NCBI GenBank assembly: GCA_963663765.2
Contig: CAXXUA010000004.1
Coordinates: forward strand, 576,001-640,000
Length of the DNA: 64,000 nt
Direction of reading: 5' to 3'
Source: Candidatus Poribacteria bacterium
GTDB taxonomy: Bacteria; Poribacteria; WGA-4E; WGA-3G
Shown: one piece after another, positions 43,308 to 53,527 of the stretch
How the letters are laid out: every line of letters begins with the position of its first letter
Position numbering within the stretch: position 1 is the stretch's first letter
The notes under the pieces: generated by a model
What the model saw: only the letters and a program-made list of their open reading frames with translations
What the model was told of the DNA's origin: nothing
Databases searched by the model: none
Made by a program: the position numbers and the translations under genes

Positions 43308-44507
43308 ATGAATACAAACGAACGTTTCAGCGGAAAATGGCAAACAAAGCAATTGAAAGAATTTGGCTCGTTTGGCAAAGGTCGTGGGATAAAGCGCGAT
43401 GATGTCTCTGACGATGGATTACCATGTATTCGTTACGGAGAACTGTATACACGATACCAAGACTACATTTTGAAGGTAGCCTCTCGAATACCACAAAGTG
43501 TTGCTGAAACAGCACTACCGATCAAAACAGGAGATCTCTTATTTGCAGGATCAGGTGAAACAGCAGAGGAAATTGGGCGATGCGCGGCATATCTTGGTGA
43601 AGAACAAGCATACGCAGGTGGAGATGTCATCGTATTTACACCATCAGGACAAGATTCTATTTATCTCGGTCATTTGATGAATTCTCCAATAGTCTCAACG
43701 CAGAAGGCTCGTATGGGGCAAGGTGACGCAGTTGTTCATATCTATATCAACAATTTGGCTCAAGTGCTGATAGATCTTCCACCATTCCAAGAACAACGCG
43801 CCATCGGCGAAGTCCTGTCAGATGTAGATGGACTCATCAACGCATTGGATGCACTCATCGCCAAAAAGCGCGCCATCAAGCAAGCCACCATGCAGCAACT
43901 CCTCACCGGCAAGACGCGCCTGCCGGGATTTAGCGGTGATTGGGAGGCAAAGCGGTTAGGGGAGATTGCTAATTGCTTGGACAACGTCCGTGTTCCTTTG
44001 AATGAGGCACAACGTGCCAGCATGCAAGGTCCTTATCCATATTGTGGTGCAAACGGTGTACTTGATTATGTGAATGACTATGTTCTAGACGATGACGTGG
44101 TTCTAATAGCCGAAGATGGCGGATATTTTGATGAATTTCTTACTCGTCCAATTGCATATCGTATGAGCGGAAAAATTTGGGTCAACAACCACGCCCATAT
44201 CCTTAAGGCAAAATCTGATTACGATCAAGGCTTTTTGTATTATTCGTTGGTGCACAAAAATATACTCCCCTATTTGTCAGGTGGAACGAGAGCGAAACTC
44301 AACAAGTTTGAAATGTATAAGATTGAGATTAACGTCCCTAACGATATTAACGAACAGCGCGCCATTGCCACCGTCCTCTCCGATATGGATGCCGAGATCA
44401 CAGCACTGGAACACCGTAGAGATAAAACCATCGCTATCAAACAGGGCATGATGCAGCAACTGCTCACAGGCAAGGTACGCTTGTTGAAATCTTGGAGGAA
44501 CTCTTAA
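43308..44507 (+). CDS. hsdS: Type I R-M specificity subunit
   Basis: Two TRDs separated by conserved EQRAI...MQQLLTGK segments. Confidence 0.96.
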   Translation: MNTNERFSGKWQTKQLKEFGSFGKGRGIKRDDVSDDGLPCIRYGELYTRYQDYILKVASRIPQSVAETALPIKTGDLLFAGSGETAEEIGRCAAYLGEEQAYAGGDVIVFTPSGQDSIYLGHLMNSPIVSTQKARMGQGDAVVHIYINNLAQVLIDLPPFQEQRAIGEVLSDVDGLINALDALIAKKRAIKQATMQQLLTGKTRLPGFSGDWEAKRLGEIANCLDNVRVPLNEAQRASMQGPYPYCGANGVLDYVNDYVLDDDVVLIAEDGGYFDEFLTRPIAYRMSGKIWVNNHAHILKAKSDYDQGFLYYSLVHKNILPYLSGGTRAKLNKFEMYKIEINVPNDINEQRAIATVLSDMDAEITALEHRRDKTIAIKQGMMQQLLTGKVRLLKSWRNS

Positions 44508-45082
44508 TGACGGTAAAAGAGACAAAACTGAGCAAAGAAGATTATATACCACCGAGCATAAGAATTCCTAATTTGGATTTTGATTCTTGCTTGAAACATG
44601 TAGATTACAATATTGAAAAATTGTCAGAAATGTTGACTAATGAAGGAATAGTACACCCTTTTAATGTGTTAAATTACATTGTGTCTATAATTACAAACGT
44701 CTGTAAATTAGTAGAGAAGCCAACACAGGGACATGCAGATGACACCTTTTGTTTACAGACACGTCTTAAATCCTGTCACCAAGAGGACATAGAAAAGTTG
44801 AAACGTGAATTGGGAAACATCAGAGGGAATGATATTTTTGGGAAACTCAAAAATGCTCGAAATAAGACCGTTGCCCACATAAATCTTTCACACCAAGGTT
44901 ATGGGGCTACTCAGAAAGCGTTAGTAAAGGCTGCAACATATTTAATTGAACGTGAGGATCGGTTAAAAAATTTGGTATCTAACATAAAATCTCTGATACA
45001 TGACGTTGAGATGTCAGTTCGGAAGAAGGAAGGCAAACCGCTAAATGTTGATACATTCACTATACAATTCTACAGAACATAA
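44507..45082 (+). CDS. Putative HEPN-domain protein (AbiU2-like)
   Basis: TAATG overlap with hsdS; helical protein containing RNKTVAH. Confidence 0.6.
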   Translation: MTVKETKLSKEDYIPPSIRIPNLDFDSCLKHVDYNIEKLSEMLTNEGIVHPFNVLNYIVSIITNVCKLVEKPTQGHADDTFCLQTRLKSCHQEDIEKLKRELGNIRGNDIFGKLKNARNKTVAHINLSHQGYGATQKALVKAATYLIEREDRLKNLVSNIKSLIHDVEMSVRKKEGKPLNVDTFTIQFYRT

Positions 45083-45548
45083 GACTTATCGCATTCTGTA
45101 GGAGGGAACTCCGATTCCCGACTATACTACCGCGTATCGGAAATCGCTCCTACAAATATCAGATTGGTCGCGATTCGGAGATCGCTCCTACAAAACATAA
45201 GACTTATCGCATTCTGTAGGAGGGAACTCCGATTCCCGACTATACTACCGCGTATCGGAAATCGCTCCTACAAATATCAGATTGGTCGCGATTCGGAGAT
45301 CGCTCCTACAAAACATAAGACTTATCGCATTCTGTAGGAGGGAACTCCGATTCCCGACTATACTACCGCGTATCGGAAATCGGTCCTACAAATATCAGAT
45401 TGGTCGCGATTCGGAGATCGCTCCTACAAAACATAAGACTTATCGCATTCTGTAGGAGGGAACTCCGATTCCCGACTATACTACCGCGTATCGGAAATCG
45501 GTCCAACAAATATCAGATTGGTCGCGATTCGGAGATCGCTCCTACAGA
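45077..45548. repeat. Four tandem 118-bp units, each with three REP hairpins
   Basis: Units start at 45077, 45195, 45313 and 45431; contain GTAGGAGGGAACTCCGATTCCCGA and two ...ATCGCTCCTAC elements. Confidence 0.93.
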
Positions 45549-45597
45549 ACATAAGACAAATATATCGCGATTCGGAAATCGCTCCTACAAAGAAATC

Positions 45598-46077
45598 ATG
45601 AATAAAATACCTAATAAAGGTCATCAACAATTGCGAAAAGGCAGGAAATCTATTCCCGGTACATATTATTCTATTACACTTGCTACATACAATAGGTCAC
45701 CTCTCCTAACAACCCCTGGCATTCCGAACATCATCTATGATTCTTTTTATTGGCTTGAAACTGACAAACAACTAAAATGGATATGTATCATGGTAATGCC
45801 AGACCATATTCATGCCGTTTTTCAACTTGGGAATAAGAAAACGTTGTCGGCACTTATTCAATCTTTTAGGCGATTCACAGCAAACCAAATTAACGCACAT
45901 CTCAAGCAAACTGGGACCATTTGGCAAGACAACTTCTATGACCATGGCATACGCTATGATGAATCTTTGCACAAGATTGTTCGTTATTGTTACGAAAACC
46001 CTGTCAGGAAAAACCTTGTGGAACGTGCAGAGGATTATCCGCATTGGAGATGTAAATTTCAGATGTCCGACTGGTAG
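45598..46077 (+). CDS. REP-associated tyrosine transposase (RAYT/TnpA-REP, Y1 HUH)
   Basis: YSIT, VMPDHIH (HUH), IWQDNFYDHGIR, YCYENPV; flanked by REPs on both sides. Confidence 0.92.
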   Translation: MNKIPNKGHQQLRKGRKSIPGTYYSITLATYNRSPLLTTPGIPNIIYDSFYWLETDKQLKWICIMVMPDHIHAVFQLGNKKTLSALIQSFRRFTANQINAHLKQTGTIWQDNFYDHGIRYDESLHKIVRYCYENPVRKNLVERAEDYPHWRCKFQMSDW

Positions 46078-47932
46078 GAGGGGTCTCCGAATTCCGATAT
46101 ATTGTGAAGGTCGGGAATCGGAGTTCCCTCCTACAGAATGTGGCATATCGGGAATCGCTCCTACAGAATAATGTGGCATATAGGGAATCGGTGATCCCTC
46201 CTACAGAATGTGGCATATCGGGAATCGGAGTTACCTCCTACAGAATAAGGCATATCGGGAATCGGAGTTACCTCCTACAGAATAATGTGGCATATAGGGA
46301 ATCGGAGTTCCCTCCTACAGAATAAGGCATATCGGGAATCGCTCCTACAGAATGTGGCATATCGGGAATCGGAGTTCCCTCCTACAGAATAATGTGGCAT
46401 ATCGGGAATCGGAGTAGGAGGGGCTCCGAATTCCGATATATTGTGAAGGTCGGGAATCGGAGTTACCTCCTACAGAATAAGGCATATCGGGAATCGGAGT
46501 TACCTCCTACAGAATAAGGCATATCGGGAATCGGAGTTACCTCCTACAGAATAAGGCATATCGGGAATCGGAGTTACCTCCTACAGAATAAGGCATATCG
46601 GGAATCGGAGTTACCTCCTACAGAATAATGTGGTATATCGGGAATCGGAGTTCCCTCCTACAGAATGTGGCATATCGGGAATCGCTCCTACAGAATGTGG
46701 CATATCGGGAATCGGAGTTACCTCCTACAGAATGTGGCATATCGGGAATCGGAGTTCCCTCCTACAGAATGTGGCATATCGGGAATCGCTCCTACAGAAT
46801 GTGGCATATCGGGAATCGCTCCTACAGAATGTGGCATATCGGGAATCGGTGATCCCTCCTACAGAATGTGGCATATCGGGAATCGGAGTTCCCTCCTACA
46901 GAATAATGTGGTATATCGGGAATCGGTGATCCCTCCTACAGAATAATGTGGTATATCGGGAATCGGTGATCCCTCCTACAGAATGTGGCATATCGGGAAT
47001 CGGAGTTCCCTCCTACAGAATAATGTGGTATATCGGGAATCGGTGATCCCTCCTACAGAATAAGGCATATCGGGAATCGGAGTTCCCTCCTACAGAATAA
47101 GGCATATCGGGAATCGCTCCTACAGAATGTGGCATATCGGGAATCGGAGTTCCCTCCTACAGAATAATGTGGTATATCGGGAATCGGAGTTCCCTCCTAC
47201 AGAATAATGTGGTATATCGGGAATCGGAGTTCCCTCCTACAGAATGTGGCATATCGGGAATCGGAGTTCCCTCCTACAGAATGTGGCATATCGGGAATCG
47301 GAGTTCCCTCCTACAGAATAATGTGGTATATCGGGAATCGGAGTTCCCTCCTACAGAATAATGTGGTATATCGGGAATCGGAGTTCCCTCCTACAGAATA
47401 ATGTGGTATATCGGGAATCGGAGTTCCCTCCTACAGAATAATGTGGTATATCGGGAATCGGAGTTCCCTCCTACAGAATGTGGCATATCGGGAATCGGAG
47501 TTCCCTCCTACAGAATGTGGCATATCGGGAATCGGAGTTCCCTCCTACAGAATGTGGCATATCGGGAATCGGAGTTCCCTCCTACAGAATGTGGCATATC
47601 GGGAATCGGTGATCCCTCCTACAGAATGTGGCATATCGGGAATCGGAGTTCCCTCCTACAGAATAATGTGGTATATCGGGAATCGGAGTTCCCTCCTACA
47701 GAATAATGTGGTATATCGGGAATCGGAGTTCCCTCCTACAGAATAATGTGGTATATCGGGAATCGGAGTTCCCTCCTACAGAATGTGGCATATCGGGAAT
47801 CGGAGTTCCCTCCTACAGAATAATGTGGTATATCGGGAATCGGAGTTCCCTCCTACAGAATGTGGCATATCGGGAATCGGTGATCCCTCCTACAGAATGT
47901 GGCATATCGGGAATCGGAGTTCCCTCTTACAA
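46075..47932. repeat. ~1.85-kb head-to-tail REP array (roughly 45-50 units, mostly 29/37/40 bp)
   Basis: Unit ATCGGGAATCGGAGTTCCCTCCTACAGAAT(AAT)GTGGCAT with a few recurring variants. Confidence 0.95.
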
Positions 47933-47961
47933 CGATCTACTATAATCAAACCTATATAATT

Positions 47962-49455
47962 ATGAATACCATCCGAATTTTCATCAGCAGCGTCCAAAGA
48001 GAATTTGCACAGGAACGGATAGCACTGCGCGACTTTCTGCGGGACGACCCGTTGATGTGTCGGTTCTTTGATGTATTCCTGTTTGAAGATGTACCTGCGT
48101 CAGATCGACGACCAGATGCACTCTATCTGGATGAAGTTGAGCAGTCTGACCTTTATGTAGGATTGTTCGGCAACGACTACGGCTTTGAAGATGCTAATGG
48201 TGTATCCCCAACAGAACGCGAGTTTGATCGAGCAACTGTTACCGGCATACACTGGCTGATTTTCATGAAAGGGACAGATGACAACGCGCGGCATCCGAAG
48301 ATGCAAGCACTTATCCGAAAAGCACAAGCCGGACTCATCCGAAAACGATTTACCACCTCGGAAGAATTAGTAACAGCACTCTACGCAGCATTGGTGGAAT
48401 ACCTTGATAGCAAAAACCTCATCCGTTCTGAACCTTTTGACGCGGCACCTTGCTTAAATGCATCGTTGGATGATCTCGACACCGAGAAAATGACTCGCTT
48501 TATCCGAATTGCACGCGGTGCAAGAGCATTCCCGCTAACTGAAGATGTTTCAATGGAAGAATTGTTAGGACACCTCAACCTACTAAATGATGGACGACCA
48601 ACGAACGCTGCGGTGCTTCTGTTTGGCAAATCACCACAGCAGTTACTAATGTCCTCAGGGGTTAAGTGTGTCCATTACCATGGAACTCAGGTAGCCAAAC
48701 CGATCCCGTCACACCAAATCTATAACGGAACAGCGTTTCAACTCGTGGATCAAGCGGTGGATTTTGTACTTAGCAAGATCAATCTATGGGTAGGTACACG
48801 CGCGGAAAGCACCCAAGCACCCGTCGCCTATGAAATACCGAAGGAAGTTGTAACGGAAGCAATCGTCAATGCCGTAGCACATCGGGACTATACCAGTAAT
48901 GCCAGCGTCCAGGTGATGCTGTTTTCAGATCGGCTTGAGGTCTGGAATCCCGGAGGATTACCACCACCTCTGACTCTGGAACAACTGCGAGATACGCACC
49001 CATCAATTCCGAATAACCGATTACTTGCACGTTCACTGTACCTCACCCGATACATTGAAGAGATGGGAACAGGGACATTAGACATGATTCACCGTTGCAG
49101 TGATGCCGGCTTACCCGAACCGGAATTCAACGACAGCAGCGGATTCAAAACGACAATATGGCGTGCCGCACCTTCAGGACTGCCAGAGTCACTGCCAGAG
49201 TCACTGCCAGAGTCACAACCTGAAGATATGCAATCCAAAGTGATAAAACTACTTGCTACCGGACCAATGCAAAAATCTGAATTGTCCAAAAATTTAGGAC
49301 AGAAAGCAATCTCTGCACAACTCAACGCTGTTGTGCGAAAGCTTGTGGCAGATCAGTTAATAGAATACACGATACCCGACAAACCGAATAGCCGATTACA
49401 AAAGTACCGGTTGACAGAAAAGGGTAGAACGCAACTATTAAATCTCAAATCATGA
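47962..49455 (+). CDS. DUF4062 plus HATPase_c_4 (RecG C-terminal-like) plus C-terminal HTH protein
   Basis: IFISSVQREF..ER, EAIVNAVAHRDY, DRLEVWNPG, IEEMGTG, KPNSRLQKYRLT. Confidence 0.85.
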   Translation: MNTIRIFISSVQREFAQERIALRDFLRDDPLMCRFFDVFLFEDVPASDRRPDALYLDEVEQSDLYVGLFGNDYGFEDANGVSPTEREFDRATVTGIHWLIFMKGTDDNARHPKMQALIRKAQAGLIRKRFTTSEELVTALYAALVEYLDSKNLIRSEPFDAAPCLNASLDDLDTEKMTRFIRIARGARAFPLTEDVSMEELLGHLNLLNDGRPTNAAVLLFGKSPQQLLMSSGVKCVHYHGTQVAKPIPSHQIYNGTAFQLVDQAVDFVLSKINLWVGTRAESTQAPVAYEIPKEVVTEAIVNAVAHRDYTSNASVQVMLFSDRLEVWNPGGLPPPLTLEQLRDTHPSIPNNRLLARSLYLTRYIEEMGTGTLDMIHRCSDAGLPEPEFNDSSGFKTTIWRAAPSGLPESLPESLPESQPEDMQSKVIKLLATGPMQKSELSKNLGQKAISAQLNAVVRKLVADQLIEYTIPDKPNSRLQKYRLTEKGRTQLLNLKS

Positions 49456-49645
49456 AATGCAGTATATGTGCAGTATAAGATGCAGTATAAGTTGTAGGAG
49501 GAAACTCCGAGTCCTAACTATAATGTAATGGTCGCGATTCGGAGATCGCTCCTACCTTCAGATTGGGAATAACAAAGTTCACGTGTATTTTGTAGCACAA
49601 TCTGTTAGATTGTGTTTTCAGTACAACCACAAGGGGAGAGAAAAC

Positions 49646-52600
49646 ATGAACATCGTTCGTGAAACAGAACAAGACACGCAAGAACGCGTCATAGAATTCT
49701 TCCAAGATACTTTAAACTACACGTATCTCGGCAAATGGTCAGATAGCGTAGAAGATAACAGCAATATCATCCCTGAAGACCTTACGGACTGGCTGCGGAG
49801 ACAAAACCATGAACCCGATATTATCAAAAAAGCAATACGCCAACTACAACAAGAAGCAAAAATCGGTGGCAGTAGAACCCTATATGACGCAAACTTGGAA
49901 GTCTATGAAAGCCTACGTTACGGTGTGAAGGTTCAACCGGATATCAGTCAAGATCATGAAACCATCTTTCTGATAGATTGGAACAACCCAGAAAATAACG
50001 ACTTCGGCATCGCGGAAGAGGTCACAATCAGAGGAAAACACAACAAACGTCCCGATCTCGTGCTATACATCAACGGCATCGCAATAGGTGTGTTAGAGTT
50101 GAAAAGTGCCACAGTCTCTGTTTCTAAAGGTATCCGTCAAAATCTAACAAACCAAACAGAGGATTTCATTGAGTGGTTTTTCAGCACAGTGCAACTTGTG
50201 ATGGCGGGAAATGAGACTGAAGGAATGCGTTACGGTGTTATCAAGACACCCGAAAAATACTGGTTGCGATGGAAAGAACGCGATGCAGATGCTGAGACTG
50301 AAACCAATCCCTTACTCAGAGAACTCAAACATTTTTGCAACAAAGAACGTATGCTCGAAATACTCCACGACTTCATCGTTTTTGATGCTGGCATAAAGAA
50401 GATATGCCGTCATAGTCAATACTTCGGAGTGAAGGCAGCACAGAAACGCGTCCAGAGTAAAGAGGATGGTATTATCTGGCATACACAAGGCAGCGGCAAA
50501 AGTTTGACGATGGTCTGGTTGGCAAAATGGATCCTCGCAAACAATCCTAATGCTCGGGTACTCATCATCACCGACCGAACAGAATTGGACGAACAAATTG
50601 AAGGTGTTTTTAAGGGAGTCAGCGAGGACATCATACGCACGAAAAGCGGTGATGATCTGAAGGAAGTGCTTAGCAATTCGATAAATCGATTAGCCTGTTC
50701 CCTTGTCCACAAGTTCGGAAGGTCGGGAGAGTTAGAAGACGTAGATGTTGATACTTATGTATATGATCTAAAACAGAAACTCTCCGACGGTCTACCAGAT
50801 AAGGATGAATTCTTTGTCTTTGTAGACGAATGCCACCGCACACAGTCGGGTAAACTCCATAAGGCAATGAAGGAACTCCTTCCCAACGCAATGCTAATTG
50901 GGTTCACTGGCACACCATTACTAAAGGCAGACAAAAGAAGAAGCAACGAAACCTTCGGCACATTTATTGACACTTATAAATATGATGAAGCAGTCAAGGA
51001 TGAAGTCGTGCTCGATTTGCAGTATGAAGCACGTGATATAGACCAAGACCTGACTTCACAGGAACGAATTGACCAATTTTTTGATAGCAAAACCCACGGG
51101 TTAAACGATGTAGTAAAAGCGCAGCTTAAACAACGATGGGGAACGATGCTAAATGTGGAAAGTTCAATAGATCGTTTGCGGAAAATTGTAGCAGACATTG
51201 TTCTGGACATGGGGATGCGTGACCGTCTGAAAAGCGGTAAAGGTAACGCAATGCTTATCGCAAACAGTATCCTATCAGCCTCCCGACTCTACAATCTTTT
51301 TCAAGATACACCTTTGCGGGGTAAATGTGCTGTCATTACATCCTATAGACTTTTCACAGGTGCCATCAGATTGGAAGAAACTGGTGCAGGACAAACCGAA
51401 AACCAACTGAAATACAATACATACAGAGAAATGCTCGCAGCACACTTTGACGAACCACCAGATACAGCAATGAATAAGGTGGATCGATTTGAACAGGAGA
51501 TAAAGAAACGTTTCATTTATGAACCTTCGCAGATGAAACTCCTCATCGTCGTAGACAAATTGCTCACAGGTTTTGATGCACCACCAGCTACCTATCTCTA
51601 CATTGATAAAAGCATGCAGGATCACGGGTTGTTTCAAGCAATCTGCCGCGTCAATCGGATTGATACTGATGACAAGGAATTCGGCTACATTGTTGATTAC
51701 AAAGACCTGTTCGGATCTCTGCAAGAAGCAATGACTGACTACACTGGTGGTGCATTTGAGGATTACGACGACGAAGATGTGGAAGGATTATTGAAGGATC
51801 GGCTTGAAAAAGGCAGAGAACGATTAGAGGACGCTCGCGAAGCTATTAAAGCATTATGTGAACCTGTCGATCCACCGAAACAGATACAAGATTATATCCG
51901 TTACTTCTGTAGTGATGAAAGTGCAAACGACGATGAAATTAAAAAGAAAGAGCAGAAACGGGTAAAGCTCTATAAGTTGACTGCTGCCTTAGTGCGTGCA
52001 TATTCTAACCTTGCCAATGAGATGGAGGATGCAGGATACAACGCAGAAGAAACAGAGAAAATCAAAAAAGAGGTGGAAGACTACGAATATGTCCGTCAAC
52101 AAGTGAAACTCGCAAGTGGTGATTATATTGATCTGAAGATGTTTGAGCCTGATATGCGACACCTGTTAGACACATACATCCAAGCCAAAGACAGCGAGAA
52201 GGTCTCAGAATTTGACAACATCCCTCTTGTTCAACTGATTGTGGATACTGGTGTTGATAATGCAATTGATAATCTACCTGAAGGCATTCGTTCAAATAGA
52301 GAGGCGGTCGCCGCAACAATAGAAAACAACATACGCCGCGTCATTGTTGACAGGTCAGAGATCAATCCCAGATATTATGAAGAAATGTCACGCCTGCTTG
52401 ATAAACTAATTCGTCAGCGGCGACAGGATGCAAACAATTATCGGCAATATTTAGCCGATGTTACAAGGTTGAGCAATCAGGTTACCGATTCTACTGCTCA
52501 TTCTAACTATCCACCAGATATTGATACAACACCAAAACAAGCGTTCTATGATAACTTCCCAGACGATATACCTCCTGACCGTAAAACAGCAATTGCGATA

Positions 52601-52771
52601 ACGGTAGACAATGAGATTATTTATGCAAGAAGTGATAATTGGAAAGGGCATGAAATCAAAGAACGTGTGGTCCGCAATACGATCAATAAAGTTATTTTAG
52701 ATGATTTTGATGAAGATACTATTGACATTGATTTAATATTCAATATTGCAAAAAACCAAGATGAATACTGA
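49646..52771 (+). CDS. hsdR: Type I R-M restriction subunit
   Basis: RPDLVLYING..ELK nuclease motif, HTQGSGKS, DECHR, GFTGTP, QAICRVNR. Confidence 0.97.
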   Translation: MNIVRETEQDTQERVIEFFQDTLNYTYLGKWSDSVEDNSNIIPEDLTDWLRRQNHEPDIIKKAIRQLQQEAKIGGSRTLYDANLEVYESLRYGVKVQPDISQDHETIFLIDWNNPENNDFGIAEEVTIRGKHNKRPDLVLYINGIAIGVLELKSATVSVSKGIRQNLTNQTEDFIEWFFSTVQLVMAGNETEGMRYGVIKTPEKYWLRWKERDADAETETNPLLRELKHFCNKERMLEILHDFIVFDAGIKKICRHSQYFGVKAAQKRVQSKEDGIIWHTQGSGKSLTMVWLAKWILANNPNARVLIITDRTELDEQIEGVFKGVSEDIIRTKSGDDLKEVLSNSINRLACSLVHKFGRSGELEDVDVDTYVYDLKQKLSDGLPDKDEFFVFVDECHRTQSGKLHKAMKELLPNAMLIGFTGTPLLKADKRRSNETFGTFIDTYKYDEAVKDEVVLDLQYEARDIDQDLTSQERIDQFFDSKTHGLNDVVKAQLKQRWGTMLNVESSIDRLRKIVADIVLDMGMRDRLKSGKGNAMLIANSILSASRLYNLFQDTPLRGKCAVITSYRLFTGAIRLEETGAGQTENQLKYNTYREMLAAHFDEPPDTAMNKVDRFEQEIKKRFIYEPSQMKLLIVVDKLLTGFDAPPATYLYIDKSMQDHGLFQAICRVNRIDTDDKEFGYIVDYKDLFGSLQEAMTDYTGGAFEDYDDEDVEGLLKDRLEKGRERLEDAREAIKALCEPVDPPKQIQDYIRYFCSDESANDDEIKKKEQKRVKLYKLTAALVRAYSNLANEMEDAGYNAEETEKIKKEVEDYEYVRQQVKLASGDYIDLKMFEPDMRHLLDTYIQAKDSEKVSEFDNIPLVQLIVDTGVDNAIDNLPEGIRSNREAVAATIENNIRRVIVDRSEINPRYYEEMSRLLDKLIRQRRQDANNYRQYLADVTRLSNQVTDSTAHSNYPPDIDTTPKQAFYDNFPDDIPPDRKTAIAITVDNEIIYARSDNWKGHEIKERVVRNTINKVILDDFDEDTIDIDLIFNIAKNQDEY

Positions 52772-53495
52772 ATCCTATAAAACTCTTATAGAAGTAAACG
52801 ATCTCTCAATAGAGATCGTCCGTAAAGACATCAAACATTTCTACATTGGTGTTCATCCACCAAACGGACAGATACGGGTGTCTGCACCGCTACGTCTTGA
52901 CGATGATGCCGTGCGAATGGCTATCATTTCGCGTTTAGGATGGATTAAACGCAAACAAGCCCCATATAAAAATCAAGTACGCCAATCACAACGCGAGTAT
53001 GTATCAGGTGAAAGCCACTTTTTTGCAGGAAGACGTTACCGCCTCAAAGTTTCAGAGCAAAATTCACCACCGAAAGTGCAACTCCTTAACAATACAAGAA
53101 TCAGACTTACCGTGCGTCCAGGCACTGATAGAGACAAACGGGAACAAGTCCTAAATGAATGGTATAGAGAGCAGCTCCGCACGCAACTGCCACCACTTAT
53201 CGAAAAATGGGAGCCAAAGATGGAGGTGTCTGTAAACGAAGTCCGCATCAGGAAAATGAAAACACTTTGGGGTTCATGTAACATCCAGGCGAAACGTATC
53301 TGGCTTAATCTTGAGTTGGCGAAAAAACCGAAATCGTGTCTGATATATGTGCTGATTCACGAGATGACGCATCTTTTGGAACGACATCACAATGATCGAT
53401 TTCGTGAATTGATGGATACCTTTTTACCGCAGTGGCGCACCTATCGCGACGAACTGAACAAAGCACCGCTGACACACGAAAATTGGCGATATTGA
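52761..53495 (+). CDS. M48/YgjP-like (DUF45) metalloprotein
   Basis: MKTLWGSC, HEMTH..HHNDRF; typical neighbour of hsdR. Confidence 0.9.
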   Translation: MNTESYKTLIEVNDLSIEIVRKDIKHFYIGVHPPNGQIRVSAPLRLDDDAVRMAIISRLGWIKRKQAPYKNQVRQSQREYVSGESHFFAGRRYRLKVSEQNSPPKVQLLNNTRIRLTVRPGTDRDKREQVLNEWYREQLRTQLPPLIEKWEPKMEVSVNEVRIRKMKTLWGSCNIQAKRIWLNLELAKKPKSCLIYVLIHEMTHLLERHHNDRFRELMDTFLPQWRTYRDELNKAPLTHENWRY

Positions 53496-53527
53496 ACAGT
53501 TCTCAGGACTACCGAAGGTATACACAA

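Noticed and set aside
43308-44507. Phase-variable hsdS shufflon
   Set aside because: Only one hsdS, and no inverted silent TRDs or recombinase seen
45400-45597. N-terminal extension of the RAYT ORF
   Set aside because: Lies within the REP array; ATG 45598 gives a typical RAYT length
46075-47932. CRISPR array
   Set aside because: Units are near-identical with no unique spacers and no cas genes are present; they are REPs next to a RAYT. The same holds for 19225-20080 and 56991-57721.
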